Positions 62,073 to 64,000 of a DNA stretch of 64,000 bases are shown in pieces. How positions within the stretch are numbered: the stretch's first letter is position 1; every line of letters begins with the position of its first letter. The notes below the pieces were generated by a model that worked only from the letters and a program-made list of their open reading frames with translations, ran no database searches and was not told the DNA's origin. Source of the stretch: an uncultured Coriobacteriaceae bacterium (GTDB lineage Bacteria; Actinomycetota; Coriobacteriia; Coriobacteriales; Atopobiaceae); contig CACZFB010000038.1 of assembly GCA_902780305.1 (NCBI GenBank), forward strand, positions 213 through 64,212, read 5' to 3'. A program made the translations under genes and the position numbers.

Positions 62073-62696
62073 CTATCGGTCGCGTCTGAGTGCGGAGCGC
62101 ACCTTGGTGGCAAGCCCGGCCTGTTTTGTGGTGCCGTCGAAGATGCCGCGAAGCTTGGACCAGTGACCATACAGCGTCAGCCCCAAGAACGCGAGGCTCA
62201 CCAGGGCGGGTTCTGTGGCACCGATGACTAGCATTACGATTACATAGAACACGTTTGCCACGACGGCAGCGGCACTCAGGTAGCCCGTAATCACGATGGA
62301 GACGGCGCCAATCACCCCGGTGAGGATGCCCCACACCGGATACATGAGGATGATGGTGGACGCGATGGTGGTAACGCCCTTGCCGCCGTTAAAGCGATGC
62401 CAAAAGGGGAAGTCGTGCCCCAGGGTGGCTCCCAGGCCCGCCCAGGCGGTCGCTACGACGCCAAGCGTGGGGAAGAGCACGTTGCTTGCCACAACGGCCA
62501 CAACGGTCTTAAGAATGTCTCCAACAAGCGACAGGAGAGCCGCCTTCGTACCCAGCACATGACCCACGTTCGCCATGCCCGGATTGCCGTCGCCGAGTTC
62601 GAAGGCCGACTTGCCCGCCAGACGCCGCGCCACAAGATCGGAGCAGAGCACGCATCCGCACGCGTAGCCTATGAGCAGACAAATGAATCTGTCCAT
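62073..62696 (-). CDS. plsY: Glycerol-3-phosphate acyltransferase PlsY
   Basis: Trimmed to ATG 62694-62696. Motifs GDGNPGMANV and GGKGVTT. Confidence 0.85.
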   Translation of the reverse strand: MDRFICLLIGYACGCVLCSDLVARRLAGKSAFELGDGNPGMANVGHVLGTKAALLSLVGDILKTVVAVVASNVLFPTLGVVATAWAGLGATLGHDFPFWHRFNGGKGVTTIASTIILMYPVWGILTGVIGAVSIVITGYLSAAAVVANVFYVIVMLVIGATEPALVSLAFLGLTLYGHWSKLRGIFDGTTKQAGLATKVRSALRRDR

Positions 62697-62785
62697 TTCC
62701 TTGTCCTTCCAACTACCTCTATCGCAAAGGGCGGCCCCGCGATGGTCGCGCGAGGCCGCCCACATCGATTGCGTTGGCAGATAGT

Positions 62786-64000
62786 CTAGCAGACGTTAAG
62801 GAACTCGAAGCGTCCCATCTCGTATGCGTAGCTCTGGTCCGCAGAGAATGTGGAGGTAACGCTGAGGTTGGTGATCTCCTGCGGCCACCAGCGAGTCGAC
62901 ATGGTGTGCTCTCCGTCGTTGAGGTAGATCTCCACCGCACTCGTGTCCACAACCATGCGCAGGCTCTGCAGCTTGCCAGCCGACAGCTCGCTGAGTGGCA
63001 GGCGTCGCACGGTGCGATAGCCACCGGCTATGCCATGGAAGGCCAGCTCGAGCATGTCGCCAATTACCACGAGCTCTAGGTCGCCATTGAGCATGAGACG
63101 ACCCTCGCCCTCAATGCCCTCCAAGAACACGTCGGCCGTGCCGTTGGCGAACTTGGCGCCTGTGGCTTCACAGATGCAAAACGCATCGTAGTTGCTCGTG
63201 CCCAGTTTGCCGCACGAGTCGGCTGCGCCCTCGTTGGTAAAGTCTACGCGCTTGCCGTGGAGTGCGTCGTACTCCTCGACCGGCCACTGGCATATTTTGC
63301 CTGCCTCGTTGAGCGATAGCTCGCGGGCCCAGGTAAGCGTGTGCAGCCATTCGTATGTGGGAACCTGGTACTGCATCTCGATGTCGGGCAGGCCCATCCA
63401 GCCCACGAGCAGCTGGCGGCCCTTCTCGTCGGTAAACACCTGGGGAGCATAGAAGTCGAAGCCGTAGTCAAGCTCCACAAAGGTGTTCTCGTCGATGCAG
63501 CCGTAGGGTGCCTTGGCGTCCATAAGCTCCTTGTCACCTTCGAGCAGGTCGATTACCGTGCCCTCGACGGGGAAGTAGCCCGAGTTGAAGTTGTTTTGGA
63601 ACTTGGTGGGCTTGCTGGGAACGCCCTGCGGGCAAACGAAGAAGAACTCCTTCCCACCCAAGGTTACGATGTTGGGACACTCCCACATGTAGCCAAACGG
63701 CTCGCCCGAGATCGTGGTGCAGGAGCCGGCAAGCTTCCAGTCGTTGACCCCGTCGGGGCTGGCATAGAGCAGCATGGCGGGGTGGTCGTCCATGGTGCGG
63801 GCACCAAGCAGCATGTTCCAGCGGTCGTTTTGCCACCACACCTTTGGATCGCGCACGTGGCAGGAGCAGTAGTCGGGATAGCCATCGTTGCCCAGCACCA
63901 GCTTGCGGGGCGAGAAGGTACGCCCGTCCTTGCTCACCACGAGGGTCTCGTTGGCCTGGCGACCGTCGTAGTCGTAGTTGTGCTCGCCGGGCTCGAGTAC
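62786..64000 (-). CDS. Glycoside hydrolase family 32 (sucrose-6-phosphate hydrolase / beta-fructofuranosidase); the N-terminus lies outside the window
   Basis: RDP motif HVRDPKVWW and EC motif WECPN. The frame stays open from 63940 to the window end. Confidence 0.85.
   Translation of the reverse strand, partial: VLEPGEHNYDYDGRQANETLVVSKDGRTFSPRKLVLGNDGYPDYCSCHVRDPKVWWQNDRWNMLLGARTMDDHPAMLLYASPDGVNDWKLAGSCTTISGEPFGYMWECPNIVTLGGKEFFFVCPQGVPSKPTKFQNNFNSGYFPVEGTVIDLLEGDKELMDAKAPYGCIDENTFVELDYGFDFYAPQVFTDEKGRQLLVGWMGLPDIEMQYQVPTYEWLHTLTWARELSLNEAGKICQWPVEEYDALHGKRVDFTNEGAADSCGKLGTSNYDAFCICEATGAKFANGTADVFLEGIEGEGRLMLNGDLELVVIGDMLELAFHGIAGGYRTVRRLPLSELSAGKLQSLRMVVDTSAVEIYLNDGEHTMSTRWWPQEITNLSVTSTFSADQSYAYEMGRFEFLNVC

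Noticed and set aside
1-64000. tRNA, rRNA, transposase, integrase, prophage or cas genes.
   Set aside because: No cloverleaf-like T-arm/anticodon candidates and no recognisable recombinase or IS motifs were seen on either strand. Mobility is suggested only by small palindromic repeats and the low-G+C toxIN islet.

Overview
This is a 64-kb stretch of a high-G+C Gram-positive chromosome. Gene content, a ChW-repeat wall protein and codon style suggest Coriobacteriia (Collinsella/Olsenella-like), but that is inference only. About 60 protein genes are supportable; I found no rRNA, tRNA, CRISPR array, transposase or integrase. The core (9.4-29.5 kb) is an anaerobic cobalamin cluster. On the plus strand: cbiD-F-G-H-J-ET-A-B, cobD, cbiP, cbiC, cobT, cobC. 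Convergent on the minus strand: Cys-rich protein, cobU, cobS, a mini-cobU and a surface protein. The cluster is headed by a Tat-lipoprotein CbiK homologue, a second lipoprotein and an iron/corrinoid-type ABC importer. The strongest accessory signal is a complete type III toxin-antitoxin (ToxIN/AbiQ-like) module at 8.52-9.28 kb: promoter, 3 x 34-nt tandem RNA repeats, hairpin, then a ToxN-family endoribonuclease. It sits in a low-G+C islet directly downstream of a sirtuin-macrodomain (SirTM-like writer/eraser) gene pair. Other notable content: an APC-permease::hybrid histidine kinase - Hpt - REC-GGDEF(degenerate)-EAL phosphorelay; HD::APH-kinase and SDR::HD fusion proteins; a TetR-controlled 1529-aa double-activase (BcrAD/BadFG) giant protein; a 9 x ChW-repeat SGNH hydrolase; tandem tyrosine-phosphatase and Cof-HAD paralogue pairs. 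There are also several families of intergenic palindromic repeats, including a REP-like 24-mer at six loci and a ~330-bp array of degenerate 30-bp units with mirror symmetry. Housekeeping genes (cysK, carB, engB, rpiB, trmL, plsY, mntP, DEAD-box helicase, dCMP deaminase, GH32) fill the rest. All product calls rest on motif and family recognition by eye; no database search was run.
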